From Octopus bimaculoides (Eukaryota), in NCBI RefSeq assembly GCF_001194135.2, contig NC_068982.1, positions 98,884,345 through 98,948,344 on the forward strand: a stretch of 64,000 bases of DNA, given 5' to 3'. Under the pieces are notes generated by a model. It did not search any database. It was not told the origin of the DNA and worked only from the letters and a program-made list of their open reading frames with translations. The translations under genes were made by a program, and so were the position numbers. Below, piece by piece: positions 62,801 to 64,000 of the stretch (position 1 is the first letter of the stretch; each line of letters begins with the position of its first letter).

Positions 62801-64000
62801 TTTTTCAAATAGTTTATTTATATATATATATATATAAAAGAAAACAGAGGAATAAACAAAACAAAATCCAGCATAATGGTTTTGTTTCATTAGGCGCAAA
62901 GGCCCTATAACTTTGGGAAGTGTGAGAAGGGGAGTTATGACAGTCATGCCTTTTCCAAGAACATTAGCCTATGTGTGTGTGTGTGTGTGAAGCGAAATGG
63001 CTTCAAATCAGGAATTGAATCCATGTCACAATCTCAATTCAACTCGACAATAGCAGGTTTCTTACTGTATAAAGTGCCCATCACAACAAAATCCGACATG
63101 TTAATAGGAAGAAATATAGGGAGAGACACACACACACGCATATATCTGATAAACATCCCTACACAAAACAAAAACAATAAAAGAGGCAAATAAACACATA
63201 CCCCACCCCTCATACACTTAAAAAAACTCCCTACAAATCACTCCTGTTGTTCTTTTTTATTCTTTTTTTTTTTACTTTCATTGTTTTTCATTTATTATTT
63301 TTGTTGAATCTTTTAATGTTGTCAGTGTTACTAAGTGACAGCCATCAAGTGACAGTGTGTGAACAGATGTACATCTGGTCTCCTAGATGCACAGCTGCTG
63401 TGTAGATACATTTAAATCTGGTGTTTAGGGTACATACGTATACATCAAGTGTGTAAGATGTACATAGATATATTAAATTTTAAAGAGATACATACAATGA
63501 GATGTTATCAGCTCTGTTTAACTTTAGTAGTAGTGGTAGCAGCAGTAATAGTGGTAATAATAGTAGTAGTAGCGGCAGTATATGGTCTTCTCTCTGTGTA
63601 TGTATGCATATTTATATATGTATAGGTGTGTGTGTGTGTGTGTGTGTAAGAAATATAGCTATGGTACTCATTTCTAGCAAGTTCATACACAAGATACATT
63701 CATTAATCCCTCAATGGAGCAGTTGCAGCACCCATGTTGGTGACTCTGTGTGTGTGCGCGTGTGTGTGATGATTAGGCAAGTAGTTGGTACATCGAGATA
63801 GTCATACTAGTTAATGTGTACTTCAGCTAATTGGAGAAGGCATAAAACAGTGATAAACCTAGTGCCAATGCAGCCTTTCAGATTGTTAGACAGACAGACA
63901 GACACACACACACTAATGCATAAGTTCAAATGAAAACAAGTATAGAGCACTTTTAAATGATAATGTACTAATAATAAGAGCAAATGATAATATAATATAT

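Noticed and set aside
52200-64000. Short ORFs as exons of a second gene
   Set aside because: All are under 115 aa, low-complexity or microsatellite-derived, with no domain motifs I recognise

Overview
AT-rich, repeat-dense animal genomic DNA; the SINE/LINE-tail families look like those of Octopus (inference). One protein-coding gene fills 1-46.6 kb on the + strand: an NME8/TXNDC3 homologue (outer-arm dynein intermediate-chain type). I reconstructed it by hand as 17 phase-compatible GT-AG exons encoding a thioredoxin domain, three NDK domains and a Glu/Ala/Pro-rich tail built from a 30-bp coding minisatellite. The start codon lies just upstream of the window. The introns hold tRNA-derived SINEs, LINE tails, mariner/Tc1, hAT, pogo- and piggyBac-type MITEs, plus CR1-like, RTE and Penelope relics. 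Downstream lie a structured 140-bp palindrome, a hAT relic, a decayed Hero-type RLE retrotransposon, and about 12 kb of almost transposon-free A-rich sequence that may be the long 3' UTR of a convergent gene. I found no clear evidence of a wholly new multi-gene system. The most interesting signals are the altered redox motifs (WAGPC plus CKPC), the repeat tail with a possibly recodable UGA, and several dsRNA-forming structures.
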